This document shows, one piece after another, positions 52,186 to 61,968 of a stretch of DNA of 64,000 nucleotides. The notes under the pieces were generated by a model. The model did not search any database. It was given only the letters and a program-made list of their open reading frames with translations, and had not been told where the DNA came from. Within the stretch, counting starts at the first letter, position 1. Every line of letters begins with the position of its first letter. The stretch is from assembly GCA_964621045.1 (NCBI GenBank), contig CAZUKU010000018.1, forward strand, positions 3,061 through 67,060. The letters are read 5' to 3'. The translations under genes were made by a program, and so were the position numbers. Source of the DNA: an uncultured Gemmatimonas sp. GTDB taxonomy: Bacteria; Gemmatimonadota; Gemmatimonadetes; Gemmatimonadales; Gemmatimonadaceae.

Positions 52186-55100
52186 CGCACCGTGCGCCGG
52201 TCGTAGTTGAACTTGATCTCCGGCGACGCCTTGAGGGCGATGAAGAAGTTGAAGGAGAAGTTGCCGTTCGGGGCGCGGTTGAACGAGAACGTCGCGTTCC
52301 AGTCGTGCAGTTCGCGCTGCAGGCCGAGCATCAGCGATCCGAAATCGCCGCGCGTCACGTCGTACTGCGCGTTCATCGTCGCGCTCCAGTTGGGCGTCAG
52401 GCCGAACGACAGATTGCCGCTCAGATTTTCCGTGGCGGCCCGGAGATACTGCGGGCCGCCCGGCGTGGTGTTGCCTTCCGGCTCGAAGCCCGGCGGCGGC
52501 GACAGTCGCGCATTGGCTTCGCAGTCGCTGCGCGCGAACGATCCCGGCGGAAGATGGGCACAGACCACCGTGGGATCGAGCTGGATCTGGGTGCCGCCCA
52601 CGGGCGGCCGCTGCCGGTTGGCGTTGTACGTGAGCGAGAGCTGCCACCCCTGCCCCGCCGGCATGACCATGGGCGCGCCGCGCGCGCGCGAGCCGGCGGC
52701 GTTCAGGGCCGCGCCGCCGCCCCGCGTGAAGTCGCTGCGCCGCGCCACGGTGAGCGAGTCCGCCTCGCCGGGCAGCTCGATCTCGCTGTCGCGGCCGAAG
52801 AGGCGGCCCAGGAGCGCCACCAGCCCCGACCGACCGTCGAGCGAGAAGGTCGCCCCCACGTCGGTACGGAACGGCCGGAACACCGCCGTATCGCTGATCG
52901 GATCACCCTGGAACAGATCGTACCCCATCCGGAAGTCGAGATTGGGGAGCAGGTCGGTGCGCGCCGAGATGCTGAAGTTCCGTGTCGTGAACCCGGACCC
53001 GGCCGTATCGGCGCGCACGAAGTCGTACGAGAGCGACGAGAAGTTGAGCGCGAGCAGACGGATCTTCTTCCCGTCCGGCGCTTCCGTGCGGCGCGGCGCG
53101 GCATCGGGGTCGTCGCCGGCGCGCGGCGCAAGCGCGGTGTCCGCCGCCGCGTCCGTGGTGTCGGCCGGCATGTCGTCGCCCGCGCGCGGCTCCGCGCGTT
53201 CCTCCTCCGCCTTCGCCCGCAGCTTGGCCTCGATCGTGGTGGCGAACGTGAGCGTCACCATGCTCTGCGGCAGATTGCCGAGATATCCCTGACGGGTATT
53301 GCCGGTGGCCTGCAGGAAGTCGTCGCTGATCTGCGCCGCCGGCGACAGGCTGTACTGGAGCCCCGGACTCATCGAATGCCGGAAGGCTTCCACCGGCCCG
53401 ATGCCGGGAAACAGTCCGTACAGCGTGGGCGAGGCGCTCACGCCGTATCGCAGCCGCTTCCCCTGCGACACGTACCGCCCGCCACTCTGCTCCGAGCGTA
53501 CGATCATGCCGGCCCGTTCGTCCACGTTCACGAGCTGCACGTTCGGCGACAGGTTCAGCGTGCCCTGCATGAAGCGCGGCAGCTGGAACGACGTGTTCCA
53601 GTCGATGTTCGTGTAGAACCGCTGCGCGAACACGCGCGTGCTCACGATCGACGTGTCACGCGGATCCCGGACGATGCGCTGCTCCGGATAGTCGTCGAAC
53701 CGCTCCGACACGGTGATGCTGTTGTTGATCTGGAAGTCGAAGATCTTGAGCGGCGTTTCCATCCCGAAGTTCGTGTTGCGGCGCGACGCGCGCACGCGCG
53801 TGCTGTCGATGCCGCCCGCCGCATCCTGGCGGTACACCCAGCCGAACTGGATCCCCTGGTCGATGTTGTCCGTGCGCGACTGGTTGAAGCGCACGCTCGG
53901 CGTCCATTCCACCGGGCCGAGCGCGAGCGTCCCCACGGTGAGGTTGAGGTTGGGCAGATCCATGTCCGTCTGCGGACGGCCGGGATACTGTCGGCGCTGC
54001 CCTCCCACGCTCACACGCGCCGGTCCGAAGCGCGTCTGGTAGTTGAGCTGCGACACCATCGTGGCCAGCGCGGCGGACGCGTGGAAGGCGCTCTGGCTCT
54101 GGATCGTGGTGCTCTGCGTCCAGTTGATGTTCGCCGCGAGCCGTGTGTCCTTGCTGAACATCTGGTTGTGGCGCCAGGTGACCGACGTGTTCGTCTGCCC
54201 GCTGTTCTGTCGCTGATATGAAACCGCGGCGTTGCCGTCGATGAACCGCGACAGCCATCGGTAGCGCACGTCCGTGTTGCCGCGCAGCCATCCGGCATCG
54301 AAGCCGCCGCCGCTCCCGCCGGACTTCCAGTCCATGGACATCTCGGCGTCGGCATAGTCGCTCAACGCGAAGAACCAGCCCACGTTCTCCACCATGCGCT
54401 GGTAGTTGGAGCTGTTGCGGAAGAGCTCCCCCACGCCGAAGCGCGGCGTGAGCAGGCCGCTCCGCCGGCCGGTGCGCACGTCCTGGAAGAAGAACGGCAG
54501 CCAGAACACCGGCACCTCGCCGATGTACAGCACGCCCGGCCGCGCCACCACCACGTTCTCCGACACGAACTTGATGTCGTTCGCCGTGAAGTGGAAATGC
54601 GGTTCGGTGAGATCGCAGTACGTGAAGTCGGCGTCGTGGAAGAACAGGCGCCGGCCGCCGGTGAGTGTCGTGTCGTTGTAGATCGTGCCGGACCGCGCGG
54701 CGATGAACAGGCGCTGCCCCGACACCACCGACGTGGAGAACGAGCCGGTCGTGCCTTCCTGCGTATCGAGATCGTAGCGGATCGAGCCCAGGGCCACGAA
54801 ATCGTCGGCGTCGTCCCGCGAGGGATCGCGGAGCACCACCGTATCGCCCGTCGCGACCACGACCTTCGTGGAGTCGTCGTACACGATCGTGTCGCCCACG
54901 AGGATCGTCTGGTCGCGGCGCACCGCCGACGGCTTGCCGTGCATCACGAGCTGCTTCGTGGTCGCGTCGAAGCGGACCTGCTCTCCCTGATACTGCACGG
55001 CGCGGTATCCCGCCCGCTGCAGGAGCTCCCGCATGGTGGAATCGGGTTCGATCCAGTCCACGATCGCACGATCCCGGTTGAGCTGCGCGTTCTCGCCCGC

Positions 55101-55211
55101 GCCGGCCCGCGGTTGCGGCTGCGTGGGACGCTGCGCCTCGGCGATCGCGGGAGCGGTGCCCCACACGACCGCGGCCACGGCGACCGCCCGGATCCAGCCC
55201 AGCACGTTCAT
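52182..55211 (-). CDS. lptD: LptD-like LPS-assembly outer-membrane protein
   Basis: ATG at 55211 with a signal peptide (MNVLGWIRAVAVAAVVWGTAPAIAEAQ). OstA-like N-domain (VRFDATTKQLVMHGKPSAVRRDQTILVGDTIVYDD...). LLTPRFG motif and a very large beta-barrel. Confidence 0.8.
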   Translation of the reverse strand: MNVLGWIRAVAVAAVVWGTAPAIAEAQRPTQPQPRAGAGENAQLNRDRAIVDWIEPDSTMRELLQRAGYRAVQYQGEQVRFDATTKQLVMHGKPSAVRRDQTILVGDTIVYDDSTKVVVATGDTVVLRDPSRDDADDFVALGSIRYDLDTQEGTTGSFSTSVVSGQRLFIAARSGTIYNDTTLTGGRRLFFHDADFTYCDLTEPHFHFTANDIKFVSENVVVARPGVLYIGEVPVFWLPFFFQDVRTGRRSGLLTPRFGVGELFRNSSNYQRMVENVGWFFALSDYADAEMSMDWKSGGSGGGFDAGWLRGNTDVRYRWLSRFIDGNAAVSYQRQNSGQTNTSVTWRHNQMFSKDTRLAANINWTQSTTIQSQSAFHASAALATMVSQLNYQTRFGPARVSVGGQRRQYPGRPQTDMDLPNLNLTVGTLALGPVEWTPSVRFNQSRTDNIDQGIQFGWVYRQDAAGGIDSTRVRASRRNTNFGMETPLKIFDFQINNSITVSERFDDYPEQRIVRDPRDTSIVSTRVFAQRFYTNIDWNTSFQLPRFMQGTLNLSPNVQLVNVDERAGMIVRSEQSGGRYVSQGKRLRYGVSASPTLYGLFPGIGPVEAFRHSMSPGLQYSLSPAAQISDDFLQATGNTRQGYLGNLPQSMVTLTFATTIEAKLRAKAEEERAEPRAGDDMPADTTDAAADTALAPRAGDDPDAAPRRTEAPDGKKIRLLALNFSSLSYDFVRADTAGSGFTTRNFSISARTDLLPNLDFRMGYDLFQGDPISDTAVFRPFRTDVGATFSLDGRSGLVALLGRLFGRDSEIELPGEADSLTVARRSDFTRGGGAALNAAGSRARGAPMVMPAGQGWQLSLTYNANRQRPPVGGTQIQLDPTVVCAHLPPGSFARSDCEANARLSPPPGFEPEGNTTPGGPQYLRAATENLSGNLSFGLTPNWSATMNAQYDVTRGDFGSLMLGLQRELHDWNATFSFNRAPNGNFSFNFFIALKASPEIKFNYDRRTVR

Positions 55212-55254
55212 GGACGCCCGTCCACCGGCCGCGAGGCGGCCGCGCAATCCCCGC

Positions 55255-56004
55255 TCACGCGATGGCCTCGCTCCCGATCGCCTGGCGGCGCTGCTTGCGA
55301 CGGTAGACCACGCGCGACAGCACGATGCTCCCTTCGTACAGGAGATAGAGCGGACCGGTGAGCGCGAACAGGGCCGTGGGATCGCTGCCGGGCGTGATGA
55401 CCGCGGCCAGCGCCATGCAGCCGATCAGCGCGTGCCGGCGGAACCTGACCAGCAGCGGCGGCGTGACCAGGCCGATCGCGGTGAGCGCCAGAATCACGAT
55501 CGGCAACTGGAATGCCGCGCCGAACGCCAGGCACATGCCCACGAGGAAGCCGAAGTACCGGCGCACCTCGAGCATGGGCGTGAACGCCTGCGTCTGGAAG
55601 TTCATCAGGAAGCCGAGCGTCACGGGCAGGACGAAGTAGAACGCGAGGGCCACACCGGCCGCGAACAGCGCCGTGGCGCCCGCCATCACCGGCACCATCA
55701 CGCGCTTCTCGCTGGCGTAGAGCGCCGGAGAGAGAAACGCCCACACCTGATAGCCGATCACGGGGAGCGCCATCATGAGGCCGAACCAGAACGACACCGA
55801 CATGACCACGCTGAACGGATCCGTGGGGCTCGTATACACGAGCTGCACGGAAAGGTGCGCGTGGATCGGCCGCTGCAGATAGTTCAGCAGGTCGATGGAC
55901 TTCGTGGACAGCAGCCCGAACGCCAGGATGAAGCCGCCGCCCAGCGCCATCAGCACCTTGAACAGCCGCCAGCGCAGCTCCTCGAGGTGATCGAGGAACG
56001 GCAT
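55255..56004 (-). CDS. tatC: Twin-arginine translocase subunit TatC
   Basis: ATG at 56004 (MPFLDHLEELRWRLFKVL); an upstream GTG at 56049 is possible. Six TM segments. Confidence 0.9.
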   Translation of the reverse strand: MPFLDHLEELRWRLFKVLMALGGGFILAFGLLSTKSIDLLNYLQRPIHAHLSVQLVYTSPTDPFSVVMSVSFWFGLMMALPVIGYQVWAFLSPALYASEKRVMVPVMAGATALFAAGVALAFYFVLPVTLGFLMNFQTQAFTPMLEVRRYFGFLVGMCLAFGAAFQLPIVILALTAIGLVTPPLLVRFRRHALIGCMALAAVITPGSDPTALFALTGPLYLLYEGSIVLSRVVYRRKQRRQAIGSEAIA

Positions 56005-56069
56005 CTCGTGGGGAGAAGAACTCTGGGTCCCGGATGACACGGACCACACTCGACCGGCGCGCCCCCGCT

Positions 56070-56921
56070 TCAGGGGAGCGACGTCAGTCGCTCCTTGGCG
56101 AGTTCGGCCGCGTTCGACCGGGGATACCGCTGCACGAGCTGCTCCAGCAGCGGCTTGGCGGCCGTGACGTTCCCCTGGTCGAGGAGCAGCAGGGCCCGCT
56201 TGAACATCGCATCCGGCGCCCGCGGGGACTCCGGATACTTGCTCACCACCGCCGCATACGCGGTCTCGGCCGCCGGCACGTTCCGCTCGGCCGCGAACGC
56301 CTCGGCAATCCAGTACTGCGCTTCCGACGCCACGTCGGATCCAGGATAGTTGATCAGCAGGTCGTTGAAGGCGATGCGCGCCGAGGCATAGCTGCCGGTG
56401 CGGAAGTGGGACAGGCCGTCCTGGTAGAGCTGCGTGGCCCCCGGCAGCGCCGGATTGGGTGTCACGCCGGCGGTGGGCGGCGTGGCTGGTGGCGTTCCTC
56501 CGCCAGCCGGCGGCGGCGCGTCACCGGGCGGCACGGTGCCCACCCGCCCCGATGTCTCGATATCCGCCCGCAGCGACCGGATGATGTTCGCGCTCTGGCC
56601 GAGCAGCTCCTGCACCTGCACGAGCTGCTCGTTCACGCGGCGGAGCGCGCCGCGCGTGTCGCCCTCGAACGCCGTCTGCCGGTTCGAGATGCGCGAGAGC
56701 GAGTCGCTCACCGCCTGGAGAATGCGCGCGGTTTCCGCGAGCGCCTGCGCCTGGGCCTGCGCGCTGCGCTGCGATTCGGCGCGCACCGTGTTGATGTCAC
56801 CCTGCAGGATGCGCACGTCGCCGCGGGTCGCGAAGCACCCCGCGCTGCCCAGGAGCAGCACGGGGATCGCCGCGCGCACGGCTCGGCGGCCATGCCGCCC
56901 GAAGACCACGCGCACGGGCAT
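56070..56921 (-). CDS. ybgF: Tol-Pal system protein YbgF/CpoB
   Basis: Signal/lipobox region, coiled coil, C-terminal TPRs (LYQDGLSHFRTGSYASARIAFNDLLINYPGSDVASEAQYWIAEAF...). The start overlaps the pal stop by 1 nt. Confidence 0.85.
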   Translation of the reverse strand: MPVRVVFGRHGRRAVRAAIPVLLLGSAGCFATRGDVRILQGDINTVRAESQRSAQAQAQALAETARILQAVSDSLSRISNRQTAFEGDTRGALRRVNEQLVQVQELLGQSANIIRSLRADIETSGRVGTVPPGDAPPPAGGGTPPATPPTAGVTPNPALPGATQLYQDGLSHFRTGSYASARIAFNDLLINYPGSDVASEAQYWIAEAFAAERNVPAAETAYAAVVSKYPESPRAPDAMFKRALLLLDQGNVTAAKPLLEQLVQRYPRSNAAELAKERLTSLP

Positions 56922-57478
56922 CACGGGGCGCGCAGATCGCCGCCGGCGACGACCTGGAACTCGCCGCGGCGGTTCTGCGCCCACGCTTCCTCGCTCGAGC
57001 CGGACGCGGCCGGCCGCTCACGGCCGTAGCTCATCGTCTCGATGCGCGACGCATCGATGCCGCGATCGGTGAGGTAGCGCCGCGCCTGGTCCGCACGACG
57101 CCGGCCGAGCGCGAGATTGTACTGGTCGGTACCGCGCTCGTCGCAGTGCCCGTCGATGCGGATGCGATGCTGCGGGTTCGCGTTGAGCACGCGCAGCTTG
57201 TCGTCGAGCACGGCGCGCGCGTCGGAGCGGAGTTCGTCGCTGTCGTAGTCGAAGTAGATCGTCTGCAGGAGCGAAGCGCGCGCGGCCTCCACCGCACGAC
57301 GCGCCGCTTCGGCGGCAGCCCGTTCTGCAGCGCCATCGTCCACCGGCGTGGACGGCGGCGCGGCCGGCACGGTCGGCGCGACCGGCTCCGGCGGCGTTGC
57401 GACCGGCTTCTTCTTGCACGCGCCGACAGCGAGCGGCACGGCGAGCAGCATCACGGCGACACGGGTCATTCGGGACAT
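56921..57478 (-). CDS. pal: Peptidoglycan-associated lipoprotein Pal (OmpA-like)
   Basis: ATG at 57478. Lipobox LAVGAC. OmpA-like block IYFDYDSDELRSDA...GHCDERGTDQYNLALGRRRA. Confidence 0.92.
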   Translation of the reverse strand: MSRMTRVAVMLLAVPLAVGACKKKPVATPPEPVAPTVPAAPPSTPVDDGAAERAAAEAARRAVEAARASLLQTIYFDYDSDELRSDARAVLDDKLRVLNANPQHRIRIDGHCDERGTDQYNLALGRRRADQARRYLTDRGIDASRIETMSYGRERPAASGSSEEAWAQNRRGEFQVVAGGDLRAP

Positions 57479-57552
57479 GCGGGCGATCTCCTGGGGGATG
57501 AAGCGGGGTTCACGGAACGGATACCGGGGAACGAACACGAACGGGCTTTCGA

Positions 57553-58893
57553 TTACGGCGTACTCGACAGACGCGGCGACCAGTGGGCAAGACGCGCGCT
57601 CGAGCCGCGCGTGAGCTGTCGCATGCGCGCGGTCTCGATGTCCACCACCCACAACTGCTCCGTACCGCCGCGCGTGGAGGAAAATACCAGATGCCGACCA
57701 TCCGGCGCCCACGTCGGCGCATTGTTGCGACCGTCGCTCGTCACCTGACGAATCGCACGGTCCCGCAGATTGATCGTGAGAATCTGGCGCGTCCCGCCCA
57801 CGTCCGACGAATAAGCCACCAGCCGGCCGTCCGGCGACCAGCTCGGATCGGCCCGATTGTTGCGCTCGCCGAAGGCATCCGCCGTCAGCAGCGACACATT
57901 CGTGCCGTCCGCATCTGCAATATATATCTCGTTGCGCCCGCTGCGGTCGGACTGGAAGGACAGGCGGCGCCCGTCCGGACTCCAGCTGGGCACCATGTTG
58001 ATGCTCCCCCGGGCCACCGTGATCCGGGACGCCCTCCCCCCGTCGAACGGCATGACGAACAGGTCCGTCTGCCCCGCCGTGGCCTCCACGCTCCGGCTGA
58101 ACACCACCTGCCGCCCGTCCGGCGAGATGCGGGCCATGTTGTCGAGCGACCCCTTCTCGTTCGTGAGCGTCCGCTGCGCCCCGGTCACCACGTCGGTCAC
58201 CACCAGCCGGTGCCGGTCGTCGTCGATCACATGGTACACGAGGTACCGCCCCGACGGGTGCCACGCCGGCGACATCCCGCGCGGCGTCACCGCGCGCGCG
58301 TTCGCCCCGTCGCTGTCCACCACCCAGATCCGCCCCTCCCGCACGAAGGCGATGCGCGTGGCCGCGATCCCCTTCTGTCCCGTGACCCACTCCTCGATCT
58401 GGTCGGCCACCGTGTGCACGCCCAGCCGCCAGTTGTCCGTGTCCATGGCCGACGGGAGCGGGAAATCCCCCTGCTGCAGCACCTTCTTCCCCGTCACGTC
58501 GTGCAGCAGCACCCGCAGCCACCCGGAGGGGAGGAGCTGCGCCTGCACCACGCCGGCGGCCCCCGCCCGCGCGAACAGCGGATAGTTGAGCGGCTGCCCC
58601 GGCTCCGGCGCACTGATCGCCGGTACGTGCTGGAAGCGGTCGCTGTAGTCGAGATCCCGTTCCAGGATCGTCTTGATCGAATCGCCCGACGCGCCCATGA
58701 TCGGCAGCACCATGATGGCGATCCGCCGCCCGGGCTGGTATTCGAGCGTCAGGGTGACCCCGGGCTGGCGCTCCTGGGCGCCGGCGCCGGCCGGCGTGAG
58801 CAGCGCGGCCGTCAGCAGGGCGAACGCCACGGCGCCCGCGGCACGACGGCCGCGAACGACGCGGGAGACAATGGACATGGGCAGCGCGGGCAT
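57553..58893 (-). CDS. tolB: Tol-Pal beta-propeller protein TolB
   Basis: Signal peptide. Repeated PD40-type SPDGR..VF/AY.S blades (ISPDGRQVVFSRS, WSPDGRRLSFQSD, WSPDGRLVAYSSD, WAPDGRHLVFSST). Confidence 0.9.
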   Translation of the reverse strand: MPALPMSIVSRVVRGRRAAGAVAFALLTAALLTPAGAGAQERQPGVTLTLEYQPGRRIAIMVLPIMGASGDSIKTILERDLDYSDRFQHVPAISAPEPGQPLNYPLFARAGAAGVVQAQLLPSGWLRVLLHDVTGKKVLQQGDFPLPSAMDTDNWRLGVHTVADQIEEWVTGQKGIAATRIAFVREGRIWVVDSDGANARAVTPRGMSPAWHPSGRYLVYHVIDDDRHRLVVTDVVTGAQRTLTNEKGSLDNMARISPDGRQVVFSRSVEATAGQTDLFVMPFDGGRASRITVARGSINMVPSWSPDGRRLSFQSDRSGRNEIYIADADGTNVSLLTADAFGERNNRADPSWSPDGRLVAYSSDVGGTRQILTINLRDRAIRQVTSDGRNNAPTWAPDGRHLVFSSTRGGTEQLWVVDIETARMRQLTRGSSARLAHWSPRLSSTP

Positions 58894-58897
58894 CACG

Positions 58898-59659
58898 TCA
58901 GCGCATCCCCTTGGGTGTGAAGTTGAAGTAGACCCGGAGGACATCGTCCGTCCACTCGGGAGGCAACGGGCCGAACGCCCGCGCCGAACCGGACGATTCC
59001 ACCGCCGAGCGCGCGTCCAGATCGAACCGGTACTCGCCGGAGGTTCGCTCCACGCGAATGTCGCTCACCGTGCCGTCGCGATGAATGAGGAAACTGACCT
59101 CGGCGCGCAACGGGCGCGTTTCGAAGCGCCGGTCCGGATTGAAGCGGAGCTCCACCTGGCGCACGATGTTGTTCAGATACCCTTGCGACGGGAAGTCGAT
59201 CCCGTCCACGCGCACGGTCGCGACGTCGGCGCCCGTGCCGCCCGTCGTGCTGCCGGCACGCGGCGCCGACGAGGCATCCGTGCGCGGCGGCGTGACGCTG
59301 TCCCGCTGCCCGGCCTGGGACGTCCGCGCCGGCGTGGGCGTGGCCCGGGGCGTCGGACGCGGCGGCGTCCGCGGGGTCACCGTGGGCGCCACGCGCTCCG
59401 TGGGCGGCCGCTCGAGGCCGCTCGGCGCCGGTGCGGCGGCCGGGGGCGTCGTGGCCGGACGCGGATCCACCACGCCGATGTTCTTCGGGCCCGGCGGCGC
59501 CCCCACGAGATTCACCTTGTACACGGGCGGCCGCGCCGGCACCGGACGGCTCTGCCAGAACAGCACCGCCGCCACGATCGCGCCGTGCAGCAGCACCGAC
59601 AGCATGACCGAGCGCCGGATCGGCGCTCCGCCTCCCGGGGCGAACGCGGCCGTGCTCAT
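58898..59659 (-). CDS. tolA: TolA-position protein with TonB-type C-terminal domain
   Basis: N-terminal TM anchor (VMLSVLLHGAIVAAVLF), Pro-rich spacer, TonB_C-like end (YLNNIVRQVELRFNP...VSFLIHRDGTVSDIRVERTSG). The ATGA overlaps the tolR stop. Confidence 0.65.
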   Translation of the reverse strand: MSTAAFAPGGGAPIRRSVMLSVLLHGAIVAAVLFWQSRPVPARPPVYKVNLVGAPPGPKNIGVVDPRPATTPPAAAPAPSGLERPPTERVAPTVTPRTPPRPTPRATPTPARTSQAGQRDSVTPPRTDASSAPRAGSTTGGTGADVATVRVDGIDFPSQGYLNNIVRQVELRFNPDRRFETRPLRAEVSFLIHRDGTVSDIRVERTSGEYRFDLDARSAVESSGSARAFGPLPPEWTDDVLRVYFNFTPKGMR

Positions 59660-60072
59660 CGCCGCACTTCCTCCGGCTCCGCCACGAGCCCGATGTCGGT
59701 GACGCCGCTCGCCCGGAGCGCGCCGATCACCCGCACCACCTGGCCGTACGTCCCGTCCTTGTCGCCGCGCACGTACACCCCGTCGCGCCCGCGCTGGTCG
59801 GCGATGGCCTTGATGCTCCCCACGAACTCCTCGTAGGTGACTTCGGTGCGGTCGATGAAGATGCGTCCGCCGCGATCGATCGAGATCACGAGCCCGCCCT
59901 TGGGCTCGAGCGGCTGCACCTGCGCGGCGGGAAGCGCCACGTCCACCCCGCCCTGCATCATGGGCGCGGCGATCATGAACACCACCATGAGCAGCATCAT
60001 CACGTCGATGAGGCTCACGACGTTGATCTCGCCGTTGACCGCCATGCGGTCGCCGCGCCGCCGCCGCTGCAT
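59656..60072 (-). CDS. tolR: ExbD/TolR-family protein
   Basis: INVVSLIDVMMLLMVVFMI TM segment with the conserved Asp. Length is 138 aa. Confidence 0.88.
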   Translation of the reverse strand: MQRRRRGDRMAVNGEINVVSLIDVMMLLMVVFMIAAPMMQGGVDVALPAAQVQPLEPKGGLVISIDRGGRIFIDRTEVTYEEFVGSIKAIADQRGRDGVYVRGDKDGTYGQVVRVIGALRASGVTDIGLVAEPEEVRR

Positions 60073-60073
60073 G

Positions 60074-60820
60074 CTAGATCCGCCCCTCGCGCACCATCAG
60101 CGCGACGAGTTCCGACCCGAAGCCCTCGAGCGCGCTGTCGTAGCGGTTGAGCCGCGACGCGAACACGTTGTACGCGAACGACGCCGGGATCGCCACCGCG
60201 AGCGCCGCCGCCGTGGCCGTGAGCGCCTGCGCGATGCCGGGCGCCACGGCCGACAGATTGCTCGAACCCGTCTGCACCACGCCCTGGAACGCGTTGATCA
60301 CGCCGAGCACCGTGCCGAAGAGGCCGATGAGCGGACTCACCGAGCCCACCGTGGCGAGCCACGGAATGAACCGGCCGAGCTTTTCCCGCTCCGCGCCGGC
60401 TTCGGCGTCGAGCACGAGCCGGAGCGCTTCCACCTGCGAGCCGCTCAGCCGTGCGTTGCGCTCCGGCGAGGCCGCGAGCGCGGGCTTGGTTTCGTTCAGG
60501 AACTGCACCGCGCGCGCGAACACCACCGTGAACGGGCTCGACGTCGTGCGCTGCGCGGCGAGCATCGCCGCGTCCATCCCCGACGCGCGCTCGAACTCGT
60601 GCACGAAATCATGCCCGTGCCTTTCGGCGCGGCGGAACTCGGCGAACTTCGCGAACATGATCCCCCAGCTCGCCAGCGACAGCACGGCGAGCAGGATCAG
60701 CACCGCGTTGTGCAGCGGATCGTCGGTGATGAGCATGCGCCACGATCCGTCGCCCGTCGCGGCCTCCAGCTGGGCCACGACGGCGAGGGTCGCGGCCGGA
60801 AGAGTGGCCGGGAGCATCAT
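60074..60820 (-). CDS. tolQ: MotA/TolQ/ExbB-family proton channel
   Basis: Three TM segments. Conserved LATVGSVSPLIGLFGTVLGVINAF and GIAQALTATAAAL. Confidence 0.9.
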   Translation of the reverse strand: MMLPATLPAATLAVVAQLEAATGDGSWRMLITDDPLHNAVLILLAVLSLASWGIMFAKFAEFRRAERHGHDFVHEFERASGMDAAMLAAQRTTSSPFTVVFARAVQFLNETKPALAASPERNARLSGSQVEALRLVLDAEAGAEREKLGRFIPWLATVGSVSPLIGLFGTVLGVINAFQGVVQTGSSNLSAVAPGIAQALTATAAALAVAIPASFAYNVFASRLNRYDSALEGFGSELVALMVREGRI

Positions 60821-61785
60821 GCGGCCGCACCGGCGCGTCGCGCCGCGAACCAGCGATAGGTCTCCGCCAGCCCCTCGTCGAGCGAGACCGACGGCGACCA
60901 GCCGAGCACGTCGCGCGCCTTCTGCGTATCGAGCGCCGACCGGAGGAGTTCGCCGGCCCGCGCCGGCGCATGCTCCACGGGTGTCCCGCTGCCGGACGCG
61001 CGCACCAGCGAAGCCGCCAGCGTGTTCACCGACGTCTCCACCCCCGTGCCGATGTTGAACGCGCGCGCGTCGAGGCGGGCCACGGGCGGCAGCGCAGCGC
61101 CGGCGGCCAGCACGTTCGCGGCCGCGACGTCGCCCGCGTACACGTAGTCCCGCGTCTGTTCGCCGTCGCCGTACACCGTGAGCGCACGCCCGTCGAGCAA
61201 CCGATTGCAGAAGATCGCGACCACTCCAGCCTCGCCGTGCGGGTCCTGTCGCGGCCCGTAGACGTTGCCGTAGCGCAGCGCCACCGTGTCGATGCCGTGC
61301 ACGCGACCGTAGTACGCGAGATAGTACTCCACCGCGAGTTTGGCGATCCCGTACGGCGCCTCCGGATCCTTGGCCAGCCGCTCACCGCTCGGCGGCGGCT
61401 CGAAGTCGCCGTAGAGCGCGCCGCCCGTGCTCGAGAACACCACCCGCGTGCGCGGGCTCGCCGTCCGCACCGCCTCGAGCAGGTTGAGCGTACCGAGGAT
61501 GTTCACGCGCGCATCGTACGCGGGGTCCTCGAGGCTGCGCCGCACGTCGATCTGTGCCGCCAGGTGGCACAGCACGTCGAACGCCCCCTCCCGCACGACC
61601 GCCGCCGCCTCCGGCGACCCGATGTCCGCCTCCACGAACCGGACGGCCGGCGACAGGTTCTCCCGCCGCCCGCTCGACAGGTTGTCGAGCACCGTGACCG
61701 CATAGCCGGCCGCCAGCAGACGATCGGCGACATGGGATCCGATGAATCCGGCACCTCCGGTAACCAGCGCGCTCCTTCGTCCCAT
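60817..61785 (-). CDS. NAD-dependent sugar epimerase/dehydratase (GalE-like)
   Basis: ATG at 61785. VTGGAGFIGSH and catalytic YGIAK. The stop overlaps the tolQ start (ATGA). Confidence 0.85.
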   Translation of the reverse strand: MGRRSALVTGGAGFIGSHVADRLLAAGYAVTVLDNLSSGRRENLSPAVRFVEADIGSPEAAAVVREGAFDVLCHLAAQIDVRRSLEDPAYDARVNILGTLNLLEAVRTASPRTRVVFSSTGGALYGDFEPPPSGERLAKDPEAPYGIAKLAVEYYLAYYGRVHGIDTVALRYGNVYGPRQDPHGEAGVVAIFCNRLLDGRALTVYGDGEQTRDYVYAGDVAAANVLAAGAALPPVARLDARAFNIGTGVETSVNTLAASLVRASGSGTPVEHAPARAGELLRSALDTQKARDVLGWSPSVSLDEGLAETYRWFAARRAGAAA

Positions 61786-61897
61786 CAGCTCGCGTCTCTC
61801 GTCTTGGGTGTGATGATGTGCGCAACGCGCAGGAATGTATACGCTCACCCGCCTCGGCACACACCCGGATGACGTCGGGGCGCGCCGGAATTGCACA

Positions 61898-61927
61898 CGG
61901 GCCCCTCACGAACACGTGAGGGGCCCG
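61898..61927 (-). terminator. Perfect 13-bp hairpin after the LysM gene
   Basis: cgggcccctcacg-aaca-cgtgaggggcccg, 42 nt beyond the stop at 61969-61971. Confidence 0.6.
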
Positions 61928-61968
61928 GATGCGCCGCGTCACGAGTGGCGGCGATCGTGTGACGATCC

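Noticed and set aside
56075-56094. Perfect 8-bp hairpin ggagcgac-gtca-gtcgctcc as the ybgF terminator
   Set aside because: It lies inside the last codons of ybgF, upstream of its stop on the coding strand, has no U-tract, and tatC follows closely. It is more likely coincidental or only a weak pause element.
57479-58522. Upstream part of the 533-aa ORF 56921..58522 that ends as pal
   Set aside because: It overlaps tolB out of frame with junk composition. Pal starts at the ATG followed by a lipoprotein signal peptide (57478).
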